Origin: a virus
Taxonomy: Duplodnaviria; Caudoviricetes
Direction: 5' to 3' (one strand)
DNA: 64,000 nucleotides
Virus record (IMG/VR): IMGVR_UViG_3300025889_000070
Position numbers and translations under genes: made by a program. Every line of letters begins with the position of its first letter. The stretch's first letter is position 1. This document shows positions 17,128-25,955 of this stretch, one piece after another. The notes beneath the pieces are model-generated. The model was given only the letters and a program-made list of their open reading frames with translations. It was not told where the DNA came from and did no database searches.

Positions 17128-17395
17128 TTTAACACTTGCTGAAGACTTTGATCTATGGTGGAAGATGCGGAAATACCAAACTAGAGATATTCCAGCCAGG
17201 GAGTTTGGTGACCAAACTGTTGTAATGCGTCATGGCAGTAACTCAGGTTGGCCTGGTGAAGAGAAAGACGTAGAGTACTGGGTAGAACTTAAGAATGGCA
17301 TGGCTGTTGGTTTCCGACATGGGCGTAGTTCAACTGGAGTCCGTCGTGCAAAATATGCTGAATTTCCAGTAGTAAAATTGTTGACAACAGGTTAA
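17117..17395 (+). CDS. Hypothetical protein
   Basis: GGAG SD before the ATG at 17117. Confidence 0.7.
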   Translation: MKNSLTLAEDFDLWWKMRKYQTRDIPAREFGDQTVVMRHGSNSGWPGEEKDVEYWVELKNGMAVGFRHGRSSTGVRRAKYAEFPVVKLLTTG

Positions 17396-17409
17396 CAATA
17401 TACTATAAT
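17381..17409 (+). promoter_or_regulatory. Consensus sigma70 promoter
   Basis: TTGACA, 17 nt, TATAAT. Confidence 0.85.
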
Positions 17410-17499
17410 AATAGAGTAAGTTGATACCCAACTTATATGGTCCTTACCAAGGACTTTTAATAAACCGCTCGTTTTAGAGCATAAAAAGGAAACACTAAA

Positions 17500-18768
17500 A
17501 TGAAAAAAGACACTATTGGTCTATTTGTAGATACATCGCGACCAAAAGCAGAGTTAACAGACACTGCTTATTCTGTCATGAGCTATGCTCAACAGGTTAA
17601 CGAGAAATTCAACACAAAAGAAGATACGATTGTAGAGCTGGCTACTCGGTTTGTCCAGGCTATCGTAGAAAAAGATCCTAACTTGCCTGATTTTCTTAGG
17701 GAATTAGCACAAGAATTTCGTAATCGTAATCCACAATACACAGAGTTTGCTGACATGTATGCTGATATGGTGCAGATGTCTGCAAACAAGAAGGAACGTG
17801 TTAAACTCAAGCAGATGCTTATTAACGCAACTATCCAGCGTGAAGTTGATCCTGAATGGGTTTTAAAAATCGTTGGAAAGTTTGATCCTTTCTTTGTTAA
17901 CATTATTCGCTTATATCCCGTGCTGAATGGAAAAGCTGAACAAAAATTGTTTGCTATCTGGGACGGTCAGCATACGACCCTTAGTTTGCTCTGCATTGCT
18001 ATGTACGCATTTGATATGAGCTTTGAGGACGCTATGGAACTTGAAGTACCAACGGCAATATATCCTGGCAGAGATGTTGCAAAGTTACGCAAACGGTTTA
18101 TTGGTGTACATGATGACACTATGAGCAAACGGTTGGACAAGATTGATTTGTATATGCAGTATGTATGGGCAGTACGAAACAATGGAGATACTGATCCCTG
18201 GAGCATGCGTTTTGAAGAAATCCAGTGCGCTCTAGAAGAGTTCAATTGCTTTTTTACGCATGACAAGTTTGGAGACACAGACAAGCCTGGTGCTGTATCA
18301 CGTCCTACAGAAATTTTTCCTAAAGGTCGTGATGTGACTAAGTGGAAGAGTAGTGTGCTACGGCGAGTTTTCCAGTATCACAATATGTACCTTGCAGATC
18401 AGCCCATTGAGCCTCTGGAAATTGACAATATGGCACATATTTTCCGTGCTTGCGATCTGCAGGCCATTGTTGTAGACGATGATTATGTGCGTGAATTTGG
18501 CAAGTACCTTGCCGCTGTTACAAAGAATACTTGGGCAAAGGGATATACTAATAAGCAACTTAAACACAAGTTAGTTTCTAGTGCCTACAAGAGTTGGTTT
18601 AATAGACAGGACTCGCGAGTCCGTATGACACTGAATAGCCGCTGTAATCAGACAGAAGTTGCTCCTACTTGGATCTGTCAGGCAATAGCCAAAGCAGGGT
18701 TTTCCAAAGACTTGCCGATCTTTACTGGTAGGTTTGCATATGATTTTGATGACAAGGAGTTAGGCTAA
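17500..18768 (+). CDS. ParB/Srx-like (DGQH-motif) domain protein
   Basis: QREVD...FDP...FAIWDGQHTTL resembles the ParB-like/DGQHR N-terminal domain. Confidence 0.55.
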   Translation: MKKDTIGLFVDTSRPKAELTDTAYSVMSYAQQVNEKFNTKEDTIVELATRFVQAIVEKDPNLPDFLRELAQEFRNRNPQYTEFADMYADMVQMSANKKERVKLKQMLINATIQREVDPEWVLKIVGKFDPFFVNIIRLYPVLNGKAEQKLFAIWDGQHTTLSLLCIAMYAFDMSFEDAMELEVPTAIYPGRDVAKLRKRFIGVHDDTMSKRLDKIDLYMQYVWAVRNNGDTDPWSMRFEEIQCALEEFNCFFTHDKFGDTDKPGAVSRPTEIFPKGRDVTKWKSSVLRRVFQYHNMYLADQPIEPLEIDNMAHIFRACDLQAIVVDDDYVREFGKYLAAVTKNTWAKGYTNKQLKHKLVSSAYKSWFNRQDSRVRMTLNSRCNQTEVAPTWICQAIAKAGFSKDLPIFTGRFAYDFDDKELG

Positions 18769-19208
18769 TGACATTACGCGATCCTAACCTGGACCTTCTT
18801 AAAGAAGGCGTAGCATTAAGAAATGCCCGTAAAACACGTTGTAGCGTTGAAGGCTGTGAGAAATTTCTCACAGCCTATCAGGGCCCAGGTAGCGATACAC
18901 TTTGTAGAGAACATCAGAAAAATCTTGCTGACTATAATGGTTTAGCTACTATAAAAAAGGCTTATAGCCATCATCGTGGCACTCATTGTGAACACTGTGG
19001 ATATACCCCCTTGACGGACACCAGGGTTCAAGAAATAGAAGATGTTAAAATTAAAAACAGACTTATTAGAACTCTGCTAACTGTTGATCATATGGATGGC
19101 AATCATAGTAATAATAATCCGGAAAATCTACAAACACTATGCACTGTATGTCATGCTATAAAAACTGTTATCAACGGCGATACACTGACTCCTAGCAACC
19201 AAAATTAA
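18768..19208 (+). CDS. HNH endonuclease with zinc ribbons
   Basis: CSVEGC, CEHCG and LTVDHMDGNHSNNNPENLQTLCTVCH. Confidence 0.88.
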   Translation: MTLRDPNLDLLKEGVALRNARKTRCSVEGCEKFLTAYQGPGSDTLCREHQKNLADYNGLATIKKAYSHHRGTHCEHCGYTPLTDTRVQEIEDVKIKNRLIRTLLTVDHMDGNHSNNNPENLQTLCTVCHAIKTVINGDTLTPSNQN

Positions 19209-19210
19209 TA

Positions 19211-19238
19211 AAATAGCCCTAGAAATAGGGCTATTTTT
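19211..19238 (+). terminator. Intrinsic terminator (probably bidirectional)
   Basis: AAATAGCCCTA-GAAA-TAGGGCTATTT followed by TT. Confidence 0.88.
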
Positions 19239-19240
19239 GG

Positions 19241-19268
19241 TTGACAAAACTGCTATCTATGCTAATAT
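19241..19268 (+). promoter_or_regulatory. Sigma70-like early promoter
   Basis: TTGACA, 16 nt, TGc-TAATAT. Confidence 0.75.
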
Positions 19269-19296
19269 GTATATGTAGGAAATGAGGAGAAAACAT

Positions 19297-19371
19297 ATGG
19301 ATTACGTCGAAAACTGCTTCTTCGAAAAGGAATGCCTCGCCGCTGTCAAAGGCATTTTGGAGATCACCTAA
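19297..19371 (+). CDS. 24-aa micro-ORF (MDYVENCFFEKECLAAVKGILEIT)
   Basis: GAGGAG SD; first ORF after the promoter; TAATG coupling to the next ORF. Confidence 0.65.
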   Translation: MDYVENCFFEKECLAAVKGILEIT

Positions 19372-19478
19372 TGATCGAGTTCTTTGATAACCTTCCAAAG
19401 GCTTTAACGGTCATAGCTATCTTGCTGCCGCCGTCTTTGGTGCTGACTTGGTTGATTAAACGGAGTGAACCCAAATGA
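19371..19478 (+). CDS. 35-aa hydrophobic micro-ORF
   Basis: MIEFFDNLPKALTVIAILLPPSLVLTWLIKRSEPK; GGAG SD; coupled on both sides. Confidence 0.65.
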   Translation: MIEFFDNLPKALTVIAILLPPSLVLTWLIKRSEPK

Positions 19479-19630
19479 GTGGCTTTCTCGTAAACGCAGC
19501 AGCTAAACAGATCGACGCTGGCAACGCCCAGGTCAAACTCTTGACGCTGGGCTATGCGATTAAGGTGGAAGTTACCCGCCAGGTTGAACTGGGCGCTTTT
19601 ACCGCTGAATACGGTTTTGATTTCGTCTAA
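19475..19630 (+). CDS. 51-aa micro-ORF
   Basis: MSGFLVNAAAKQIDAG...YGFDFV; GGAG SD; ATGA overlap. Confidence 0.65.
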   Translation: MSGFLVNAAAKQIDAGNAQVKLLTLGYAIKVEVTRQVELGAFTAEYGFDFV

Positions 19631-19663
19631 AACGGTTGACAAGTACAAGCTATATGTTAGTAT
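19629..19663 (+). promoter_or_regulatory. Sigma70-like early promoter of the VWA gene
   Basis: AAAACGG-TTGACA, 16 nt, TGt-TAGTAT. Confidence 0.8.
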
Positions 19664-19682
19664 ATACATATAGGAGACAAAC

Positions 19683-20981
19683 ATGACCACTACAACTGCG
19701 AATAAGAAAAACGTAGAAATTCCAGTAGGATTTGAGACAGATCCTCTAGAGGATGCGCTTGCTCGTGAAGCCCTTACTACTGCTAGAGTAGCCCTGCTCC
19801 TTAAAGCCAGCTTCTTCGGCAACATGGCTACTCGCTTGCCGCTTGTAAACGCAGATGCTTGGCTTCCCACAGCGGCTACTGATGGACGCTATTTCTACTA
19901 CAATAGCAAGTTCATCAACATGCTTAAAAAGAAGGAAATTGAGTTCCTGTTTGGGCATGAGGTGCTCCACAATGTGTATGAGCACCTGGGCCGTAGCAAG
20001 CTGAACAAACATAACCCTATGATTGCTAACATTGCGGCAGACTATGCTGTAAACGGTGACCTTGTTAAGAGTCGTATTGGTCAGCTGATTACCACTGTAC
20101 CTGCTCTGCACGATACAAAATACTATGGCATGAGCATGGAAGAGATCTACGACGACATTTATGAAAATGCCGAGAAGATAGATCTAGATCAACTTGCTGA
20201 TATGCTGCTAGATGAGCATCTGGAAAGCGACGATGAGCAGGACGGCAATAGTGGTGCTGGCGGCCCTCAAGAAGACGAGAACGGCAACCTCAAGAGTAAA
20301 AGCAAGCCCAAGTACAGCGAAGAAGAGCGCAAAAAGATTCGTGATGAGATCAAGGAGAGCCTCATCAATGCTGCCAAGCAAAGTTCAGGTGCTGGTGAAA
20401 TTCCTGGTGGTGTACAGCGCATTATCAAGGACTTGACCGAGCCCAAGATGAACTGGCGCGAACTGCTTGCTCAGACTATCGAGAGCAGCATTAAAAGCGA
20501 TTATAGCTTTATGCGTCCTAGCCGCAAGGGCTGGGGTATGGATGTGGTACTTCCTGGCATGGTTGCAGAAAACACTATTGACATTGCGGTTGCTGTGGAC
20601 ATGAGCGGCAGCATCAGCGACCAGCAAGCCCGGGACTTTTTTAGTGAGATTAAAGCTATCATGGATAGCTACACTGACTTTAAGATCAAGCTCTGGTGCT
20701 TTGACACGCAGGTTTATAACTATGCTGAGTTTGATAACACGAACATAGATGATATCCTTGTTTACGAGCCGGCTGGCGGTGGCGGCACTATGTTTGAGTG
20801 TAACTGGGCTTACATGAAGGAAAACGACATACAGCCCAACCGCTTTGTTATGTTTACTGATGGCTATCCTTGCGGTACCTGGGGAGATGAGTTCTACTGC
20901 GATACGGTGTTTATTATTCACGGTCCAGAAACTATCAAGCCATCATTTGGTAATTATGCCTACTACGATGGTAAGAAATAA
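19683..20981 (+). CDS. Metallopeptidase-like plus VWA domain protein (DUF2201-like), MoxR partner
   Basis: TAATDG, HEVLH (HExxH), acidic linker, MIDAS DMSGS, GGGGT and FTDGY. Confidence 0.9.
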   Translation: MTTTTANKKNVEIPVGFETDPLEDALAREALTTARVALLLKASFFGNMATRLPLVNADAWLPTAATDGRYFYYNSKFINMLKKKEIEFLFGHEVLHNVYEHLGRSKLNKHNPMIANIAADYAVNGDLVKSRIGQLITTVPALHDTKYYGMSMEEIYDDIYENAEKIDLDQLADMLLDEHLESDDEQDGNSGAGGPQEDENGNLKSKSKPKYSEEERKKIRDEIKESLINAAKQSSGAGEIPGGVQRIIKDLTEPKMNWRELLAQTIESSIKSDYSFMRPSRKGWGMDVVLPGMVAENTIDIAVAVDMSGSISDQQARDFFSEIKAIMDSYTDFKIKLWCFDTQVYNYAEFDNTNIDDILVYEPAGGGGTMFECNWAYMKENDIQPNRFVMFTDGYPCGTWGDEFYCDTVFIIHGPETIKPSFGNYAYYDGKK

Positions 20982-21622
20982 TGAGGTACTGGACAGAGTA
21001 TCAAAATTTCAAGCATGCTCAAATAGTAAAAAAATACCAGCACTCTTATCCTATAAGCAAGGGTAAGATGCCACTTTTTTCCTGGGCTGGTTTTGATGGT
21101 ATAGATACTAGTGTATGGATACCTAAAACCTATTCTGAGTGGTTAACAAATAGAAAAAAAATGAAAGAAAAACATAAGCGAGCACACATGCGGGCAGCCT
21201 TTGCATATGCTGAATGTAGCACTGCGAAGCGTTTGCAAGTGGGTTGTGTTATAGTAAAGGACGATCGCATTATCAGCATCGGCTACAATGGCATGCCCAG
21301 TGGCTGGACAAATGAGTGCGAAGAAGAAGTTGTTGAAGTTCCTGAGTTACAGGCGGCTTTACCTGAAAACGAAATAAGATACTTGGTTACCAAACCAGAA
21401 GTGCTACACGCGGAAATGAATGCTCTTATGAAGTTGGCTCGATCTACTGAGAGTGGCGAGGACGCAACTGCATTTATAACACATCAACCCTGCATGGAAT
21501 GTTCTAAAGGTTTATATCAAGCAGGTATTAAGGAAATATTCTATGTTCATCCATATAGATTAAACGATGGACTAGAGTTTTTAAAAAAATGTGGTATACC
21601 CGTTGAACAAATAAATGTTTGA
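20981..21622 (+). CDS. dCMP deaminase (N-terminal ~60 aa may be an extension; alternative ATG at 21161)
   Basis: RLQVGCVIV, SIGYNGMPSG, HAEMNAL and PCMECSK. Confidence 0.93.
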   Translation: MRYWTEYQNFKHAQIVKKYQHSYPISKGKMPLFSWAGFDGIDTSVWIPKTYSEWLTNRKKMKEKHKRAHMRAAFAYAECSTAKRLQVGCVIVKDDRIISIGYNGMPSGWTNECEEEVVEVPELQAALPENEIRYLVTKPEVLHAEMNALMKLARSTESGEDATAFITHQPCMECSKGLYQAGIKEIFYVHPYRLNDGLEFLKKCGIPVEQINV

Positions 21623-22859
21623 TATCTTTTGTATGCAGATTACAGGTAACAATGTTGACCTACCCGCTAATACACAATACACTCGTTGGAATGGTACACA
21701 CCTAGACACAATACGTAGGTGTGTAAATCATGCTAGAACAGAGTACGTTTGGATTGTAGCAGACTGTTGCAATTATTCTAACTTTGATTTTACCTGGCAA
21801 CCCGTGCCCTGGGAAGCAGATCAGATACACTGCTGGGCAAGCGGTAACCAACAGTTTGGTGATACTTTCCTGGTGCCTGTCAGTGCTTTTAAGAAGCAAG
21901 AGCAAGGGCTTAAACTACTTGAGTGGTATGAGTATATCAACTGGCACAGTGAGCCCAGTGTGCCGCGCTATGAATGGCCCACAGTGACCGATTTAGATGC
22001 TCAGACCAGCTTGTATGCTTGGCACAAGCAAACCAGCGCAGACATTGACTATGAGCCCAGTTTATGGAAAAAACGTGATCTACACGCCTTTACACAGAGC
22101 GGTAGTGTACTACTAGTGCCCAGGGACTGTAAAACGCATTTTAAAGAGCAATACTACGACTACCCACATATCTTGCGCCATACGGACTATAATATACCTG
22201 AAAAACTACTTGATGTAGTATACTTGAGCAACGGTGAAAAAAACGCCCTTAAAAACTGGAATATATTAAAAGAAATTTGCCCTAGGGCAAAATGGGTTGA
22301 GGGGGTAACAGGCAGGGCAGCGGCATATAAAGCCTGCGCTGAGATAAGCGATACACCCTGGTTCTTTAATGTGTTTGCTAAGTGTATTGTAGATCCAGAC
22401 TTTGACTTTAACTGGCAACCAGACTGGTTACAAGGACCCAAGCACTGGATATTTCACAGTCGTAATCCTGTTAATGGGTTGGAATATGGACACATGGGTA
22501 TCATTGCTTACCACAAGCAGATGGTACTTGATGCTACTGAATGGGGGCTAGACTTTACGCTGAGTGCTAGACACGGCGTTGTGCCTGTGGTGGGTAGTAC
22601 AGCAGACTTTAATACTAGTCCATACGAAACTTGGCGTACTGCTTTTAGAGAATGTATCAAACTGTATGGACAATCAGATCCAGAAAGTCGCTACAGGTTA
22701 AATCAATGGTGTACAGTTGGTAAAGGTGACTATGCTGAGTGGAGTATAGAAGGTGCTACTTATGCCACTGTTTATGCTGCTAGCGGAAACGATCTACAAG
22801 CCACCTTTGAATGGAAATTCCTCAAAGAACTCTTTGATAGCAAGTATAACATGGTGTAG
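21615..22859 (+). CDS. Two-domain glycosyltransferase-like protein
   Basis: GT-A-like segments (VWIVADCC; GVTGRAAAYKACA..WFFNVFAK) and WRTAFREC; paralog of 38288-39205. Confidence 0.55.
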   Translation: MFDIFCMQITGNNVDLPANTQYTRWNGTHLDTIRRCVNHARTEYVWIVADCCNYSNFDFTWQPVPWEADQIHCWASGNQQFGDTFLVPVSAFKKQEQGLKLLEWYEYINWHSEPSVPRYEWPTVTDLDAQTSLYAWHKQTSADIDYEPSLWKKRDLHAFTQSGSVLLVPRDCKTHFKEQYYDYPHILRHTDYNIPEKLLDVVYLSNGEKNALKNWNILKEICPRAKWVEGVTGRAAAYKACAEISDTPWFFNVFAKCIVDPDFDFNWQPDWLQGPKHWIFHSRNPVNGLEYGHMGIIAYHKQMVLDATEWGLDFTLSARHGVVPVVGSTADFNTSPYETWRTAFRECIKLYGQSDPESRYRLNQWCTVGKGDYAEWSIEGATYATVYAASGNDLQATFEWKFLKELFDSKYNMV

Positions 22860-23786
22860 TTCATGATCTGTCATATAAGGATCACAGGGAAGAGCTAGTT
22901 GGCATAAACAGTTTTCTGTGGCTTGTGGTGATTTATAAATTGGTTGTTCGTAAACACGTTTAATTTGTATTTCACGCTTTATCATCCACATTTCTAGTTC
23001 TACTCTAAGCGGAGTGCTTATCACAAACTTGCTTACTTGACCACGTGGATCAGTTACGCAGGTAACTAGATGTCTAATTTGTTGATAATAGTCTCTGGCA
23101 ATCTCTTGTCTGCGTTCTTGCCAAATTGGAAAGTGATCCAGCTTTACTAGAAGTTCAGCACATTCACGTTCACTGGGTATACTATTGCCGCCTATTTCCA
23201 AACCATGTCGTCTTAGGGATCGTAAATTACCAGCAATAGTATCTGAGTTTGTTACGACTGCGCCGGCGTTTCCAAAGTTAGGTAAACTTTTTGTAGGATC
23301 AAAACTATAACTAGCAAAAATGCCCTGTAGTGGAGCACCAAAATGTTGAGCTCCATCTTCATATATTTTTTTATTTTCTGGTAAGTGTTGATAATTATTT
23401 CCAAACAAGCCTACCCAAATAACATGATCTATACCACTGGGTATTTTATTCCAATCCAGTAAACCAGTATCTGTTACATCAACCGGCACTGGAATATTAT
23501 TACTCCTATTAATACTGTTTTTTGTTGCTATAAAGGTTTGTGCTGGAAATGCAATTAAAGATTTAGATAAGCCACTGGCTACTAGACCATAATATAACGC
23601 ATCACTGCCACTACCAAGCATTACACAGTGCTTTGCTTGACTTAGTTTGGCAATTCTATTTTCTAGTTCTTTTGTACAGTTTCCTAGCAGATGCCTTCCT
23701 GATTGATAAACCTGTTCAGTTGCTAGGTCTAGGCTTTGTTTTAATTCAGCATACAATCTATCTAGATTGTGGAGGTGGATTGTCAT
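22794..23786 (-). CDS. DegT/DnrJ/EryC1/StrS PLP aminotransferase
   Basis: GSGSDAL, YEDGAQHFG and SFDPTKSLPNFGNAGAVVT with the PLP lysine. Confidence 0.9.
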   Translation of the reverse strand: MTIHLHNLDRLYAELKQSLDLATEQVYQSGRHLLGNCTKELENRIAKLSQAKHCVMLGSGSDALYYGLVASGLSKSLIAFPAQTFIATKNSINRSNNIPVPVDVTDTGLLDWNKIPSGIDHVIWVGLFGNNYQHLPENKKIYEDGAQHFGAPLQGIFASYSFDPTKSLPNFGNAGAVVTNSDTIAGNLRSLRRHGLEIGGNSIPSERECAELLVKLDHFPIWQERRQEIARDYYQQIRHLVTCVTDPRGQVSKFVISTPLRVELEMWMIKREIQIKRVYEQPIYKSPQATENCLCQLALPCDPYMTDHELHHVILAIKEFFEEFPFKGGL

Positions 23787-23991
23787 CTTCTGAAACTTTT
23801 ACTTGTTGCAAATTAAGAATAACTAATTCACGTAATTCATCTATGTTAACATCACCTGACTCGATCATGTCTAATGCTTGGCTTGGTTTTATTTTTTTTA
23901 ATCGCACAAGAGCAGAAGATAAAATCACTAATTCCGGTCTGCTCATTTTCGGGTATTTTTTAATTATACTTAATATGTCTGTGTAAGTCAT
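23758..23991 (-). CDS. Hypothetical protein
   Basis: ORF packed in the operon. Confidence 0.6.
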   Translation of the reverse strand: MTYTDILSIIKKYPKMSRPELVILSSALVRLKKIKPSQALDMIESGDVNIDELRELVILNLQQVKVSEDDNPPPQSR

Positions 23992-23992
23992 T

Positions 23993-24289
23993 TTATTCCC
24001 TATGCTGCTTATTATACCATTTTAAAGTCCAGAGCGCCAGTTCGTTAGGATCCTCAAAGCTCATTACCGCTTGGTTCTCATCAGGCGTAAACCACCAACC
24101 CCATTTACTTTGGCAATTTTCTATAGCCCACTCTATACTAGGATACATAACACCATTTGTATTTAAAAAACAGTTGTAGTCAAACTTTTTATTGTATCCA
24201 CAATCAGGGTTTTTATCTTTAATCATTGGGTCTAGTTTTTGCCATTCATAATAAGTAAACCCTTGTTTGTTTATCCTAGGTAGTCCCAT
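23993..24289 (-). CDS. Hypothetical protein
   Basis: ATG at 24289 overlaps the thyX end. Confidence 0.7.
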   Translation of the reverse strand: MGLPRINKQGFTYYEWQKLDPMIKDKNPDCGYNKKFDYNCFLNTNGVMYPSIEWAIENCQSKWGWWFTPDENQAVMSFEDPNELALWTLKWYNKQHRE

Positions 24290-24968
24290 CCCATTCAAAC
24301 ATTTCGTCCGCAAGTGGGAACACATCTGCAATTACTCGTGCACACGCATGAGCAATCTCCATGTGTTCCTTTTGAGTACCATTAGCACCACGTAGTTCAA
24401 TATAGTGTACCCAACTACGTAGCGTACCGTTCATATACATGCGACTTACTGTATTACCCTCAGGCAATACAGCCCTAGCTTGTTCTTTAGCAATACCGTT
24501 CTCAATAGCCCACTGATATGCCTTTTTTGATGCATCAATTACAAATTGTTGAGCAGCAGTCCACTGATGTTCTAGTTCTTCGTCATTTACATCAATACTG
24601 TTCTGCCTGTTTGTAGTGTCCTGCAAACGTGCTTCACGAGTAACAAACTCTAGATCCTTTGTGGGATCAGCGTAGCGTTGGCTAAACTCTTGGAAACTGA
24701 AACTCCTGTGACGCAGGATCTGCCTTGCTATGTCACGAGTAGTTTCAATCTCCATACAAGCACTGACCATTTCTAGGGGACTCCAATGCTTGTGTTTGAT
24801 GAGATATTTAATGAGCTTTGCGCTAGTTTCCATGTTTAACTGTCCACTAGGGTTGCTGACTCTAGCACAGAACGCAATAAGGTCCTGCACGTCTGCATCA
24901 ACAAGATCATGAGCAGTTAAAAACTCTGGACTGGCTTGGCTATAGCTAACCAGGCTTACTTTCATCAA
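24276..24968 (-). CDS. thyX: Flavin-dependent thymidylate synthase
   Basis: HWSPLE, RQILRHRSFSFQEFSQRY and ARAVLP. Confidence 0.97.
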   Translation of the reverse strand: MMKVSLVSYSQASPEFLTAHDLVDADVQDLIAFCARVSNPSGQLNMETSAKLIKYLIKHKHWSPLEMVSACMEIETTRDIARQILRHRSFSFQEFSQRYADPTKDLEFVTREARLQDTTNRQNSIDVNDEELEHQWTAAQQFVIDASKKAYQWAIENGIAKEQARAVLPEGNTVSRMYMNGTLRSWVHYIELRGANGTQKEHMEIAHACARVIADVFPLADEMFEWDGTT

Positions 24969-25594
24969 GCAGCAGCCTTTTTACGTCCACGCTTCTTAGG
25001 TGCTAGACTTGGATCTAGATCCTGAGCCTGGGCTGTTAACCTTTCAATCTCTTCTGTAAGAACATTAATCTGTGCTCGCATACCATCAGCTTGCTTAACT
25101 AAATCCTGAGCTAAATCAGCATCAGTTAGTACGCCTCCAGGTGTTGCAGCGGCGGCCGCAGCTTCTCTGCCTGCCTGTTGCTTGGCTGGATCAGCCAATC
25201 CTGACGTAGCATCAATCTCAGCTAGTCTGCTAGCAGCATCACCACCAGCTTCCATGTCACGGATAATCTGATTAATTTCATCTAACCTAGCACCCTGACC
25301 ACCTGGACTTGGTGTCATGATAATATCCTGTGTGCGTACCTTCTTCATCCAACCTTCTCTGTGCATTTTAGTAAGAAGGTTAGCACCGTCGGTTCCTACT
25401 ACACGGTGTAATGCGTCACCAAGATGTTTTGCTGCCTGACCGGCATTGCTTTCAATACATTTCATGATATCGTCATGAAACCCTGTAGGCAACTGCTGGG
25501 GGTATGCTACCAGAGCCATGTGTTCTTCTCCGGGAACTTCACGGAAAACAACAACTACTCTTTTATCACCTTGTCTACCTACGTGTTTAAGCAT
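24965..25594 (-). CDS. Hypothetical phage protein
   Basis: GAAGGAG SD before MLKHVGR at 25594; basic C-terminus KKRGRKK. Confidence 0.8.
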   Translation of the reverse strand: MLKHVGRQGDKRVVVVFREVPGEEHMALVAYPQQLPTGFHDDIMKCIESNAGQAAKHLGDALHRVVGTDGANLLTKMHREGWMKKVRTQDIIMTPSPGGQGARLDEINQIIRDMEAGGDAASRLAEIDATSGLADPAKQQAGREAAAAAATPGGVLTDADLAQDLVKQADGMRAQINVLTEEIERLTAQAQDLDPSLAPKKRGRKKAAA

Positions 25595-25955
25595 TGTCTG
25601 CTTCTCCTTCTTCATGTGAGTGTTCTACATCACCATCAACATGTGAATGTGTAGTGCCATCATCATGTGTATGTTCTACTTCTTGTTGAGCAGAAGGCTG
25701 ATTTAATGTTCTAGCACCATTAGCTACTAGAAAAGTAATAAGCCTGTTGTACAGGGTGCCTACTGCTTCCATTTCACCAGCACGGATTGCGCCGCGTTGT
25801 GATACTGCTTCAAGCACATTTGCCATAAGATTTAAGTCAGCAACACCTAGTTGCGGTGCTTGAACCGCTGATTCGCCAACTACTGGATCTACACTGGCAT
25901 CTGCCTCTACTGCTTCTTCTTCTGTTTCTTCTACTACATTCATTTCTTCACTCAT
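25587..25955 (-). CDS. Acidic protein with His-rich C-terminal motif
   Basis: AGGAG SD; HTHDDGTTHSHVDGDVEHSHE. Confidence 0.75.
   Translation of the reverse strand: MSEEMNVVEETEEEAVEADASVDPVVGESAVQAPQLGVADLNLMANVLEAVSQRGAIRAGEMEAVGTLYNRLITFLVANGARTLNQPSAQQEVEHTHDDGTTHSHVDGDVEHSHEEGEADNA

Noticed and set aside
18768-19208. HNH as part of a group I intron or intein
   Set aside because: It is free-standing between a complete upstream ORF and a terminator; no flanking gene appears split.
15663-20921. Long alternative-frame and antisense ORFs over the ATPase and VWA genes (15663, 15964, 16357, 19364, 19746, 20385)
   Set aside because: The higher GC and strong codon bias of these genes suppress stops in other frames. 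The 19364-19870 (-) ORF also runs across a promoter and three better-supported micro-ORFs.
22794-22859. 66-bp convergent overlap between the GT-like gene and the aminotransferase
   Set aside because: It is an ordinary tail-to-tail overlap at a strand switch in a compact genome; no extra structure is visible.
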